Shown here: positions 39,385 through 48,953 of the stretch, piece by piece | How the letters are laid out: the number at the start of each line of letters is the position of its first letter | How positions within the stretch are numbered: position 1 is the first letter of the stretch | Assembly (NCBI GenBank): GCA_002898395.1 | Contig: BEHE01000004.1 | Location: forward strand, 1 to 64,000 | Length of the DNA stretch: 64,000 bases | Origin: Candidatus Calditenuaceae archaeon HR02 | GTDB taxonomy: Archaea > Thermoproteota > Nitrososphaeria_A > Caldarchaeales > Calditenuaceae | Direction: 5' to 3' | Program-made: the position numbers and the translations under genes | Notes under the pieces: model-generated | Told to the model about the DNA's origin: nothing | The model's input: only the letters and a program-made list of their open reading frames with translations | Database searches by the model: none

Positions 39385-41910
39385 CTAGAGGAACTCGTCT
39401 AGGGTCCGCTTAACCGTCTTGCCGCCGCTGACGATCTCGTCGAAGTCCATGTCCAGGCTATCAAGTACTTGCTGGAAAACTCCTTTCAAATACTCGATGT
39501 AGGCTTCTACGTCGACCTGGTTCTTATTGATCTCTATTCGTGGGTGTAGTGGTGTGACTCCTAGTCTATCCTTTGTCTTAACATATTGGATTATGTCCCC
39601 TGAGCCTACCTTGACACCTATCGCGGCCAGTTTCTGAGCGGCCTTGACATGGGGGGGAGTAGTCTTGGTGTATTGCTCGGGGGATTTAGACAACATAACG
39701 CTGAAGGCGAGGTCTGAGACCTCGAACTCTCGGTTTATCAGCTTGTTGTGGCTCTCTCTTATTAGCTTCACAAGATCTGCCTTGAACCTCTCGAAGTCTT
39801 CAGGCTGCCTGATCTGTTTCAACCCTTCAATCATCTCTTCAAAGAGGTGGTGGGCCAGGTTGAAGATGTGCCGCTTTTTACCCGTAAGTCCCTTAACATC
39901 TACCACTCCCTTAACGGTCAGGCCGAGGTAGTTCTTCTTCCTTTGGGATAGGACGACGTAGACGTATTCTTTATCTACTTCAAGGTCAAGTCCGAGACTC
40001 TCGTCTGCCCATCTTATCAGCGTTCTGAGCATTTCTTCGTTGTATCCTTTTAAAAATAGCGAGTCGGTGTCACCGTAGATTACTGTTCCGCCGAGCTCTC
40101 TCACCTTTTCAATAGCCTCTGAGAAGACGTATCTACCTATAGCCGCTGTACTCTCTGCGAGCGGTGGGCAGTACAGTGGGAACTCCTCGAATCCGAAGAC
40201 TCCATAGCTGGCGTTGAGGAAAACTTTGAGAGCCTTCTGTATCACGTCGTACCATATCCTCTTTTCTCTCGGTATCGTCGGGTCTGAGCTTCTCGGCTTG
40301 TATATTCCTACTCTTATGTCTCTTAAGGAGCCTATAATCTGGCTCTGGAGGCCCCGCCTCTTCGTGCAAACCCAGTGGCCAGTCTCAGGCACCACATTCG
40401 ACCTGCACTCTTCATGAGGGCAACGAATGGTTTCGTAGCTTAGGTTCCACCTCTTCAATGCTGAGGGGTAGAGGGAGGCGAAGTCAAGCACCTTAACGCC
40501 GAAATGTATCCCTGGTACAGGCTCAACAACTATGGCACCTCTATACTTCTTGCCCTCTATTATCGCCTTCGTAGTTGTCATTCCCTTCTCTCGGAGTATC
40601 TCCTCCGGTCTAGGTATCAGCCACCCTCTCCGCCTATGCTCAAAGTAGATGAGATTCTTTATCCAGCCTGAGACCCCGTGTCTGCAGAGGTCTTCAACAG
40701 GCAGCCGACTAATCCTGCATAAGACGAGGATCAGCCTGATGATGAGCCTATCATTGTTTGAGAGTAGTTCGTAGACTAGTAGCGCGTCTCCGAAGCTGTA
40801 TGTCGCGAGTTCGCGGGGTGAAAGCTCTGAAATCGGCCTCTCTATCTGTATCTTCCCCCTCCCTAGCAGCGCTTGTGAAATCGCCTCAAGGGTATATTCG
40901 CGGTATTTGTTGTCGAAGGCGTAGACCTGGATTGACTTGTTTAGGAAAAAGCTGTAGAGATCGATGTGTGCAGCGTTCTGAAATGTCGCTCCCTCCCTCC
41001 CGATCACGATCATGTTCCGCCCGCGATTGACTCCAAGCCTTTTTGCCCTATTGTGAAGGTAGGGTAGGTCGAACTGGTCTCCGTTGAAAGTGGCTATTAT
41101 CGCATAATTGGAGAGGGCGTCGAAGACGTCTCCGAGCATCTTTTCCTCAGAGTCGTACACTGAGACCTTGAAATCCAGTCCAGTCGTGTCAAGAGAAAAG
41201 TCGCCCCTTCTCAGCATGAAGACATCTCTACGGCCATCGGATCCGCATATGGAGACTGCGATGACAGGGTCTTCAGCCTTTGACGGGTCGGGGAGGCGGG
41301 TCGAGACTGGGCTGAAAACCTCGATGTCAAGGGCGCAGTAGGGGGGGTCAAGCTGCTCCGCCTCCATAACTGTAATCCAGCTAGCAACCTCGCTGAGGTC
41401 GTCTTCACTGAGCTTTTTTATCTGGGAAGCTAGCTTCCTCGCCTCATTCAGGTCGAGAGTCGCAGGTGTGAGACCATCTCCAGAGGCATGGTACGGCATC
41501 CCACAGATAAGGCCCCGGTCGTACAGGTAGTTGAGGTGGTAGGGAATGTCGGATTCCCACGTTTCTATCCGCTCTCTGACCGAGTTCTTCCTACCACCGA
41601 TGGTGAGCGGGTCCTTCACTATTATTTTTGTTAGTTTGATCTTTCGCAGTCTGAGGGCATCGAACTTCTCCTCTTCCTTTACTTCAACTATGCTGTCTCT
41701 TATGTCCTTAAGCGCATCTAGGACTTCTTGTGGTGAGAGGTTGGTGTAGCAGTAGGGGAGATGCCCCGAGTCGTCATACCTAATCTCTACTCTCCCAGTG
41801 TCTTGTCTCAGAAGTTTGAGATATGCTACCCCCTTCTCGCCATCGTATCCGGCCGACAGGAGGAGAAGCTTGTCGCCCATCCCCTCGCCCTGACCTAGCC
41901 TCAACTGCAT
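39385..41910 (-). CDS. polB1: Family B DNA polymerase (PolB1 type)
   Basis: Exonuclease motifs DIEV and FNGDQFDLPYL; DFASLYPS, KVFLNASYG, YGDTDS; PIP-like TLDEFL. True start may be slightly downstream. Confidence 0.95.
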   Translation of the reverse strand: MQLRLGQGEGMGDKLLLLSAGYDGEKGVAYLKLLRQDTGRVEIRYDDSGHLPYCYTNLSPQEVLDALKDIRDSIVEVKEEEKFDALRLRKIKLTKIIVKDPLTIGGRKNSVRERIETWESDIPYHLNYLYDRGLICGMPYHASGDGLTPATLDLNEARKLASQIKKLSEDDLSEVASWITVMEAEQLDPPYCALDIEVFSPVSTRLPDPSKAEDPVIAVSICGSDGRRDVFMLRRGDFSLDTTGLDFKVSVYDSEEKMLGDVFDALSNYAIIATFNGDQFDLPYLHNRAKRLGVNRGRNMIVIGREGATFQNAAHIDLYSFFLNKSIQVYAFDNKYREYTLEAISQALLGRGKIQIERPISELSPRELATYSFGDALLVYELLSNNDRLIIRLILVLCRISRLPVEDLCRHGVSGWIKNLIYFEHRRRGWLIPRPEEILREKGMTTTKAIIEGKKYRGAIVVEPVPGIHFGVKVLDFASLYPSALKRWNLSYETIRCPHEECRSNVVPETGHWVCTKRRGLQSQIIGSLRDIRVGIYKPRSSDPTIPREKRIWYDVIQKALKVFLNASYGVFGFEEFPLYCPPLAESTAAIGRYVFSEAIEKVRELGGTVIYGDTDSLFLKGYNEEMLRTLIRWADESLGLDLEVDKEYVYVVLSQRKKNYLGLTVKGVVDVKGLTGKKRHIFNLAHHLFEEMIEGLKQIRQPEDFERFKADLVKLIRESHNKLINREFEVSDLAFSVMLSKSPEQYTKTTPPHVKAAQKLAAIGVKVGSGDIIQYVKTKDRLGVTPLHPRIEINKNQVDVEAYIEYLKGVFQQVLDSLDMDFDEIVSGGKTVKRTLDEFL

Positions 41911-42003
41911 CTAGACTTTTGTTGGCCTCTTAGCTGTATAAGCGTTTTTCTATGCAGAGAAAATCAACTTAAATAAGACTAACCCGTGATATCCTGAAAA
42001 GTT

Positions 42004-44271
42004 TTGAGAAGGGGGAGAAGGCTAGCCGGAATAGTGGCCTTAGCCCTCGCCGCTAGGCTGGCCCCCTCAGCCTTTACCGGGCACGGCTGGGACCTATTCG
42101 TGTGGCTAAAAGCGTCGGACTTCTTTCTTAACGAGCAGATTAACATATACAGCTATCCACAGTTTGAGGGGTTTCCATGGGGCTTTTACGCCTACCCACC
42201 GCCTTGGTTATATCTGCTAGCAGGCTCAACATATGTCGCATCCCTGCTGGGAGGGGTGAGAGAGGTATCTATTCTCTTTTTGAAGCTACCCATCATCTTG
42301 GCCGATGTGTTCTGCGGACTTGTACTGTGGCTCACAGCAAAGAAGCTAGGGTTAGGGGAAGAGGATGCTTACAAATTGGCCACACTATATCTCCTAAACC
42401 CCCTAACAATCTTTGTCTCAAGTATTTGGGGAATGTTTGACGCAATACCCGCCCTCTTCACACTGCTGGCTCTCTATCTACTATTGTCGGGCCTGGAATC
42501 GGCAGCCGGCGCCTCACTCGGCCTAGCAACTTCCTTCAAGATATACCCGGTCATCTTTCTGCCATCAATATTGCTAGTCCAGGTCAAAAAACACGGTCTC
42601 AAGTGCGCCATAACCAACCTACTTCTACCATTTGCATGGATACTTCTAATTGTCTCCCTCCCATTTTTAGGCGACCTGCCCAGCTATTTAGAAAAGCTCC
42701 TCTACCACAGGTCAAATGTTGGGCAATTTACCTACTGGACGCTCTTGGGGATTTTCATTGGAGGTGAGATTGCTAGCGCTGTTGGGTGGGCACTGTTCAC
42801 CGCAGCCCTCGCCATAACACTCTACAAACAGTATGCGGACCCCAGGCGAAGTAGAGATCTGACCACGATCCTTGCAGGTATCTTCACACTTTTCTTAGCA
42901 ACCTCTCCGAAGGTAAACGTCCAATACCTGGTCCTTGGACTTCCACTCCTCTTACTGGCGGCTTGGATCCATGATGACCCGGAGTCGCGGAGGGAGGTTA
43001 GGAAGAGGCTTACACTACTCCACATGGCGGCTCTAGTCTTCATGTTCGGGAGCATCTTCATTATTGGATATGACCCAGCAAACTTGGGGAAAGTATCAAA
43101 TCTCAGCCTGTTAGAGTCAGGGCTGGCAGGCTCGCTAATCCTTGTCGCGGCGGGGGTTGCTGGGTGGGAGTCTGTAAAGCTCGCCCTCGCACTGAACAAG
43201 CTAACACTACTAAAAAGAAGGCTAGATGAGAGGGCTGGGATTGCATCGATTATAGTGGTCGCCCTGATAGTTGTCACTGTCCTCCCCAGCCCAGCGGGTG
43301 TAAGACTGCCCCCGCAGCCGGTCAGGGTCGACATCCTAGAGAGCCCCGACTCGATATTTCAAGTGGGAGCCACCAGCATACCTCAAGACTTGTACCTAAA
43401 ACTCGGCGAGCCCACACACGTAGTGATCCCTCTATCGCCAGACTTCTTCATAGACTATCCTGAATTGAGTCCGCGTAGCGAAGTCTCCAGATACTTTAGG
43501 TTCAGATTGGATTCAGGTGGATGGACATTCTTTGACCTCTTCAAGCTTGTTAATGGGCTGAAGGCGTCTGGGCTTAAGGTTTTGGTAGGAGTATTCACGA
43601 AGAGCAAGGACCTACTAGTCTCTTATGGCATGCAGGGATACGAATCAAGCTGGTTCAGGGGAAATCAATACCTTGTAGATAAAAATGATAGAATGGCCTT
43701 TGGAGTAATGCTTCCCCTGAACATCAGTTTAGCTCAGTTCTATGCACAGCGGGTCTCAACGGCAGTCTATTCGATCGGATTTGACGGCATATACGTGTTA
43801 TCCCCCCGAGAGGGCCTTGTCTCGATTGGAGATGTGGAGTGGATTGAGCCTCTACTGGTTGAACTACGTGCCCACCTCGACAGCTCGAAGGAGGTCTTTC
43901 TCGATGGCGTAGACCCCTCACTAGGGGGCGATGCCATAGAGAGGCTGATGAATTATGCCGACTACATAGTTATTAGATCCCCCATATGGCTCCGCGAGAT
44001 AACCTCAGAGGAGCCGAGGCTCGGCCCTGAATACATGGAGCAGCTGAGAGCTGTGCTGGACGAGCTGGGCGGAAATAGGAAGTCGCAGATACTCTACTCT
44101 GTAAACGTGATGGATTTCTCGAGCGGCTGGCTCATCCCCGCAATACAGGTTCAGCTTCAAGTTGATACATTTTCCTCCCTAATTAATAGAGGGTTTGTGA
44201 TATATTTCGCTTCGAGGTATATCCCCTACCGTCTAACCCTCGATTCATCGGCGTTGAGGAGTGGGGCATAA
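42004..44271 (+). CDS. GT-C membrane glycosyltransferase (GT87/PIG-M-like) fused to a soluble C-terminal domain
   Basis: YAYPP, KLPIILAD, LLNP...SSIWGMFD, KIYP; many TM helices followed by a ~320-aa domain containing GFDGIYV. Confidence 0.75.
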   Translation: MRRGRRLAGIVALALAARLAPSAFTGHGWDLFVWLKASDFFLNEQINIYSYPQFEGFPWGFYAYPPPWLYLLAGSTYVASLLGGVREVSILFLKLPIILADVFCGLVLWLTAKKLGLGEEDAYKLATLYLLNPLTIFVSSIWGMFDAIPALFTLLALYLLLSGLESAAGASLGLATSFKIYPVIFLPSILLVQVKKHGLKCAITNLLLPFAWILLIVSLPFLGDLPSYLEKLLYHRSNVGQFTYWTLLGIFIGGEIASAVGWALFTAALAITLYKQYADPRRSRDLTTILAGIFTLFLATSPKVNVQYLVLGLPLLLLAAWIHDDPESRREVRKRLTLLHMAALVFMFGSIFIIGYDPANLGKVSNLSLLESGLAGSLILVAAGVAGWESVKLALALNKLTLLKRRLDERAGIASIIVVALIVVTVLPSPAGVRLPPQPVRVDILESPDSIFQVGATSIPQDLYLKLGEPTHVVIPLSPDFFIDYPELSPRSEVSRYFRFRLDSGGWTFFDLFKLVNGLKASGLKVLVGVFTKSKDLLVSYGMQGYESSWFRGNQYLVDKNDRMAFGVMLPLNISLAQFYAQRVSTAVYSIGFDGIYVLSPREGLVSIGDVEWIEPLLVELRAHLDSSKEVFLDGVDPSLGGDAIERLMNYADYIVIRSPIWLREITSEEPRLGPEYMEQLRAVLDELGGNRKSQILYSVNVMDFSSGWLIPAIQVQLQVDTFSSLINRGFVIYFASRYIPYRLTLDSSALRSGA

Positions 44272-44313
44272 GGCTAAGGTTCTTAAGGCGGGCGTGGCAA
44301 GTCGGATTGATAG

Positions 44314-44922
44314 ATGAGTACAGGGTGGGAGCCGAAGACGCTCGTTGGAAAGCTTGTCAAGGAGGGGAAAATAACCTCTATCGAGGAGTTATTCGCCAAT
44401 AATTACCGGGTAACTGAGCCAGAGATAGTTGATTATCTTGTACCCAATCTCCAGCAAGAGGTCATAGACATCAAGCTTGTGCAGAGACAAACAGATGCAG
44501 GCGAGAAATCGAGGTACAAAGCGATAGTCGCTGTGGGCAACGGTGACGGGCTGGTCGGCCTCGGCACAGCCAAGTCAACCCAGGTGGTAATGGCTATCGA
44601 GAGGGCTGTCAGCAGGGCTAAAATGAGCCTGATATACGTCCAGAGGGGGTGTGGGAGCTGGGAGTGTGCCTGCGGCGAGCCGCATAGCCTCCGAGTAATG
44701 GTTAAGGGGCGGTGCGGCAGTGTAGAGGCTCACCTGCTGCCTGCTCCCCGTGGGCTGGGACTTGTAGCTGGCGACATCGCCAAGATCATGCTGAGGCTCG
44801 CAGGTGTTAGAGATTGCTGGCTAAGAAGCTTTGGTGAGACGCGAACACCGTTAAGCATGGCAGGCGCCATATACGACGCGTTGAAGAAAACGAACTACAT
44901 AGTTCTCCCTAGCATGTGGTGA
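44314..44922 (+). CDS. rps5: 30S ribosomal protein uS5
   Basis: WEPKTLVGKLVKEGKI, QRGCGSWEC, PAPRGLGL. Confidence 0.98.
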   Translation: MSTGWEPKTLVGKLVKEGKITSIEELFANNYRVTEPEIVDYLVPNLQQEVIDIKLVQRQTDAGEKSRYKAIVAVGNGDGLVGLGTAKSTQVVMAIERAVSRAKMSLIYVQRGCGSWECACGEPHSLRVMVKGRCGSVEAHLLPAPRGLGLVAGDIAKIMLRLAGVRDCWLRSFGETRTPLSMAGAIYDALKKTNYIVLPSMW

Positions 44923-44929
44923 AGATGCT

Positions 44930-45403
44930 TTGGATAAAGCCCCACCAATAATTGTCATAAGGGTCAGAGGCCCCTCTGGGATGGACTCTGAGACGGAGTA
45001 TACGTTGAGGCTTCTAAACCTGAAGAGGGCTAACCACGCCGCCATACTACCCCTGAACCCAAGTGTTAGAGGTGCCATTAGGAAGGTTGACCCCTATGTG
45101 ACTTGGGGCGAGGCTACCCCCGAGATTCTGGTCAAGCTATTCAGAAGAGCCGATCTCCAGCCGGGGGTAAAGGTTGAGGAGGAGCTCGCCAGGCTCGGCG
45201 TGGCTAGTTATGAGGAACTGGCTGAAAAGATCTGTAAAGGTGATTTGGATGTGGGTGTGTTGAGAAGGATTTTCAAGCCCGCATTCAGGCTCCACCCACC
45301 CAGAGGGGGCTTCAAGGGGAGTATAAAGCGCCCTGTTAGTCAGAAAGGAGTTTTAGGATACGCGGGAGAGAGAATTGGAAGACTTATAGAGGCTATGTGC
45401 TAG
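44930..45403 (+). CDS. rpl30: 50S ribosomal protein uL30
   Basis: VIRVRG, YVTWGE, FRLHPPRGG. Confidence 0.97.
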   Translation: MDKAPPIIVIRVRGPSGMDSETEYTLRLLNLKRANHAAILPLNPSVRGAIRKVDPYVTWGEATPEILVKLFRRADLQPGVKVEEELARLGVASYEELAEKICKGDLDVGVLRRIFKPAFRLHPPRGGFKGSIKRPVSQKGVLGYAGERIGRLIEAMC

Positions 45404-45450
45404 AGAGTTGTTGGGAGGATATATATCAGGGGTTGGTGTGAGAAGTTAGG

Positions 45451-45894
45451 GTGTCCCTGATGCCCACGAGGCTTCGAAAGATACGGAAGAGGCGTGGGTC
45501 ACGCACGCATGGCTGGGGGCAGATAGGCCAGCATAGAAAGCATGGAGCAAAGGGAGGCCGGGGAATGGCGGGAGGACATAAGCACAAGTGGACATGGATT
45601 ATAAAATATGCGCCCGACCACTTTGGCGAGAAGGGTTTCTACCCACCCACATCAAGAGAAGTTAAGGCGATAAACCTAGACCAAGTCTCATTGATAGCTG
45701 AGAAGCTTAAGACTAGGGGCGCTGCAAAGAGTGAAAATGGGAAGATAATAGTTGACCTCCCTTCACTTGGGTATGATAAGGTGCTCGGCAAGGGCCGGCT
45801 GACAATTCCAGTAAAAATAGTCGCTAAGTCGTGGACACCTAAGGCCGAGGAGAAGATTTTAGCCTCAAACTCAGTAATAGTGGCGGCTGAATAG
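45451..45894 (+). CDS. rpl15: 50S ribosomal protein uL15
   Basis: RGSRTHGWG, GGRGMAG, KVLGKG. Confidence 0.97.
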   Translation: MSLMPTRLRKIRKRRGSRTHGWGQIGQHRKHGAKGGRGMAGGHKHKWTWIIKYAPDHFGEKGFYPPTSREVKAINLDQVSLIAEKLKTRGAAKSENGKIIVDLPSLGYDKVLGKGRLTIPVKIVAKSWTPKAEEKILASNSVIVAAE

Positions 45895-45898
45895 GGAG

Positions 45899-47329
45899 AT
45901 GAGCGAGGAGAGGGGGCGGCTGGGTGAGGTTCTCACAAGGCTCCTCCCAGAGGCCGCTAAGCCGGTCAGGAGACTGACGCTTTCAGAACGGCTTGTTTGG
46001 ACGGCTCTAGTGCTGGTGATCTACGAGGCCATGAGCAGCACAGCACTCTATGGCGTATCAGTGTCACCAACGCAGGCCAGCCCCCTACTCCTCAATATAA
46101 TCTTTGCATCAAACATTGGGACATTAACTACGCTCGGAATAGGCCCCATCGTCACAGGGGGCCTGATCCTCCAGCTCCTCGTAGGGGCTGAGATACTGCG
46201 CCTAGACCTGAAGAAGAGTGAGGATAGGGCGCTATTCACTGCTCTCAGCAAGGTTTTCACACTGGTTATAGCTATATTTCAGGGGGCGGCCTATATTCTC
46301 GCAGGATACTTCGGATCACTCACACCCACTACACAGATTCTGGTATTTGCACAGCTCTTCTTCGCAACAATCGTAATAATGTTAATGGATGAGCTGGTGC
46401 AGAAGGGGTGGGGCCTAGGTAGCGGTATAAGCCTCTTCATCGCCGCCGGAGTGGCCGGCCAGATATTCTCTGACCTCTTCTCGCCCCTTATCCTCCAGGA
46501 TGGTTTCTTCCACGGGGTAATCCTTGCGATAGCCCAGGGCTTATTCAGCCCCCAGGGTATTGGGCCTCTATTCATAAGACATGTGGCTCAGCGCGGCGAC
46601 ATCTTAGGCCTCATTTCAACCGTCTCGATAATACTGACTCTAATCTATCTGGAGGGGGTTAGGGTCAACATTCCCATCAGCCACTCGAGATATAGTGGGT
46701 TTAGAGGAACATATCCCATCAAGCTACTCTACGTCTCCAATGTCCCAGTCATCTTCGCCTCAACAATATTCACAAACATCTACTACCTTTCCTCAATCGT
46801 ATGGTCACGATACAATACAGACAACTCAAACCCAATCCTAAACCTCCTAGGCACATTCACCTTAGCCGAGGGAACAAATCGACCCATCCCAACCGGCGGT
46901 CTAGCCTACTACGCTCTAGGCCCGTCAAACTTTACAGAGGCTGTGGCAGACCCCATAAGATCACTGGCTTTTGTCGGGCTGATGGTTGGTTTCTGCCTCA
47001 TGCTGGGGCGGTTCTGGATCACTGTCGGGGGGCTCTCGCCTGATAGGGTTGCTGAACAGCTTATAGCTGCGGGCATGCAGGTTCCCGGCTTCAGGAGGTC
47101 GCCGGTCATCATCTCATCAATCTTACGCCGATACATCTACACAGTAGCCATAATAGGCTCGATCATAGTCGGCCTCTTGGCAAGCACAGCAAACTATGTT
47201 AACGCCTTCGGAACAGGGACTGGCCTACTACTCATGATCGGGATACTCTACCAGTACTACCAGATATTGGTGAGGGAGCGCGTAGCCGAGACCTACCCCG
47301 CCCTAGCACGACTCGTGGGTGAGGAGTAG
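45899..47329 (+). CDS. secY: Preprotein translocase subunit SecY
   Basis: LGIGPIVTGG, GWGLGSGISLFI, YVSNVPVIF, VPGFR. Confidence 0.98.
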   Translation: MSEERGRLGEVLTRLLPEAAKPVRRLTLSERLVWTALVLVIYEAMSSTALYGVSVSPTQASPLLLNIIFASNIGTLTTLGIGPIVTGGLILQLLVGAEILRLDLKKSEDRALFTALSKVFTLVIAIFQGAAYILAGYFGSLTPTTQILVFAQLFFATIVIMLMDELVQKGWGLGSGISLFIAAGVAGQIFSDLFSPLILQDGFFHGVILAIAQGLFSPQGIGPLFIRHVAQRGDILGLISTVSIILTLIYLEGVRVNIPISHSRYSGFRGTYPIKLLYVSNVPVIFASTIFTNIYYLSSIVWSRYNTDNSNPILNLLGTFTLAEGTNRPIPTGGLAYYALGPSNFTEAVADPIRSLAFVGLMVGFCLMLGRFWITVGGLSPDRVAEQLIAAGMQVPGFRRSPVIISSILRRYIYTVAIIGSIIVGLLASTANYVNAFGTGTGLLLMIGILYQYYQILVRERVAETYPALARLVGEE

Positions 47330-47331
47330 AG

Positions 47332-47805
47332 ATGGTTGAGGCCGCTGTTTTCGAGATATTGGGCTTTTCAACAATGCTGGCACTAGTCTCTGCAGGCCTT
47401 AGACGCGTGATCCTAAGCAAGGAGGACATGCTAGCTATGCAGGAGGTCACCAAGTATAATCGAGAGCTCATGAAGGCCCTTCGGGAGAAGGATGTGAAGG
47501 CCGTGGAGAGGCTGGAGAAGAAGAAGGAATACATGCAGAGGGTTCAGGCCAAGATATTTGGAAAAAACATGATACTCATGCTAATCTCCATGGTCATCTT
47601 TTTCACCTTTTTCTTCTTCGCAAATGCGAGGTATGGTCACACACCCCTCCTAACCATGCCACCCGGGCTTGAGCTCCCATTCATCTCCGTGGGGGGAAAG
47701 ATACAGTTCTTCGGATGGTATCTCCTGACGTTTTTCGCTATCAGCCTGCCGGTAAACAAGTTTTTAGGCATGAAGATTACTACTTCAAGCGCGGCCAAGA
47801 AGTAG
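47332..47805 (+). CDS. EMC3/TMCO1 (DUF106, Oxa1 superfamily) membrane protein
   Basis: TM - coiled coil - two TM with GWY; conserved position after secY. Confidence 0.85.
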   Translation: MVEAAVFEILGFSTMLALVSAGLRRVILSKEDMLAMQEVTKYNRELMKALREKDVKAVERLEKKKEYMQRVQAKIFGKNMILMLISMVIFFTFFFFANARYGHTPLLTMPPGLELPFISVGGKIQFFGWYLLTFFAISLPVNKFLGMKITTSSAAKK

Positions 47806-47811
47806 TAGGGG

Positions 47812-48018
47812 GTGTTCCAGAATTTGACCAGGAAGTGCGCATGGTGTGGCAGGCCGTTGAGCGGTGTATCTGATGGGCGGAAGCTTCCGTTAAGTTGGAA
47901 GAGGGTGGAGAGGCTGTATGGAGGATATCTCTGCCACGCCTGCCTGAGAGAAGCGATACTTAGATGGGTTGTGAAGGAGGCTGCGGCAAGCGGCCCTATA
48001 GGTCAAAGTAGTGCCTGA
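47812..48018 (+). CDS. rpl34e: 50S ribosomal protein eL34 (N-terminally short)
   Basis: [11 protein letters not shown]...[15 protein letters not shown]; syntenic position. Confidence 0.85.
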   Translation: MFQNLTRKCAWCGRPLSGVSDGRKLPLSWKRVERLYGGYLCHACLREAILRWVVKEAAASGPIGQSSA

Positions 48019-48571
48019 CTGCCAAATATACTATCTCAAAAACCTCCTCACTACTAAGCCGCGAAGTGTCTAGGATGAGGTGAAAGGGGGTGAAATCCTC
48101 GCCCAGCTTCAAGCCGTACAGCTTTCGGTAGAGTTCCATGTTTCTGGCATCGCGCTCCTCGAGTATCCTACGCGCCTCCTCCAAGCTGAGCCCAGCCCTC
48201 TTGGCAAGCCTCTCAACCCTCACGTCTCTATCAGCCTTGAGCCAAACCTTGAACCCACCATCGAAAAGCCATGGTAAGACCCAGCTATCGATGACTACAC
48301 CGCCACGATGCGCCAGCCGCAGAAGCTCTTCATCAACCGTCTTGTCCAAGCTCCCGTCCTTCTCCCTGAGGGCTAGGAACTGCATACCTGCCTCGCTCTC
48401 CCACCACCTGCTCCCGGAAGTGTCATAGCCCTTCTTCATGGCGATGGACTTCAAGGCCTCGCCCCCCGAATAGCGCTCAACACCCAGCCTCTCGGCGAGG
48501 AGACGCGACAACGTGCTCTTCCCAGAAGCCGCAAGACCACTCACTATAACCACGATGTCCTTCTTATGCAC
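47996..48571 (-). CDS. cmk: Cytidylate kinase (archaeal type)
   Basis: [11 protein letters not shown]-loop, KVWLKA...[14 protein letters not shown]. Confidence 0.9.
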   Translation of the reverse strand: MHKKDIVVIVSGLAASGKSTLSRLLAERLGVERYSGGEALKSIAMKKGYDTSGSRWWESEAGMQFLALREKDGSLDKTVDEELLRLAHRGGVVIDSWVLPWLFDGGFKVWLKADRDVRVERLAKRAGLSLEEARRILEERDARNMELYRKLYGLKLGEDFTPFHLILDTSRLSSEEVFEIVYLAVRHYFDL

Positions 48572-48665
48572 GGGATATTGATTTGCACAGCGAGTTAAAA
48601 AGGGTAGAGACTCGTGCGCGGCTGAGATTTATTACGGGGCAGTAACGGTAGGTGGATTCAGGTAG

Positions 48666-48953
48666 GTGGATATGGTGGCCGAGGTTGGAAGAATAGTGGT
48701 GAAGGTTGCAGGGCGCGACGCTGGTCTAAAAGGCGTTGTAGTGAATGTGGTGGGAGGCAACAGGGTGCTCGTGACCGGGCCGCCCAGCCTGACAGGCCTT
48801 AGGAGGCGCGCAGTGAACATCCTCCACATCCTGCCAACACAGTACAAGATCGAAGTAAAGCGTGATGCAAGCGACGCGGAGGTTGTCAAGGCCCTCGAGG
48901 AGAGCGGGCTTATCGACTACATGAAGAGGAGGGCTGAGATATCCAGGTGGTAG
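48666..48953 (+). CDS. rpl14e: 50S ribosomal protein eL14
   Basis: [32 protein letters not shown]. Confidence 0.96.
   Translation: MDMVAEVGRIVVKVAGRDAGLKGVVVNVVGGNRVLVTGPPSLTGLRRRAVNILHILPTQYKIEVKRDASDAEVVKALEESGLIDYMKRRAEISRW

Noticed and set aside
39385-41910. Intein or inactivated polymerase
   Set aside because: Normal length, intact catalytic motifs, no intein signatures.
48647-48671. 11-bp direct repeat GGTAGGTGGAT upstream of rpl14e
   Set aside because: Two copies of a Shine-Dalgarno-like sequence; no further structure.
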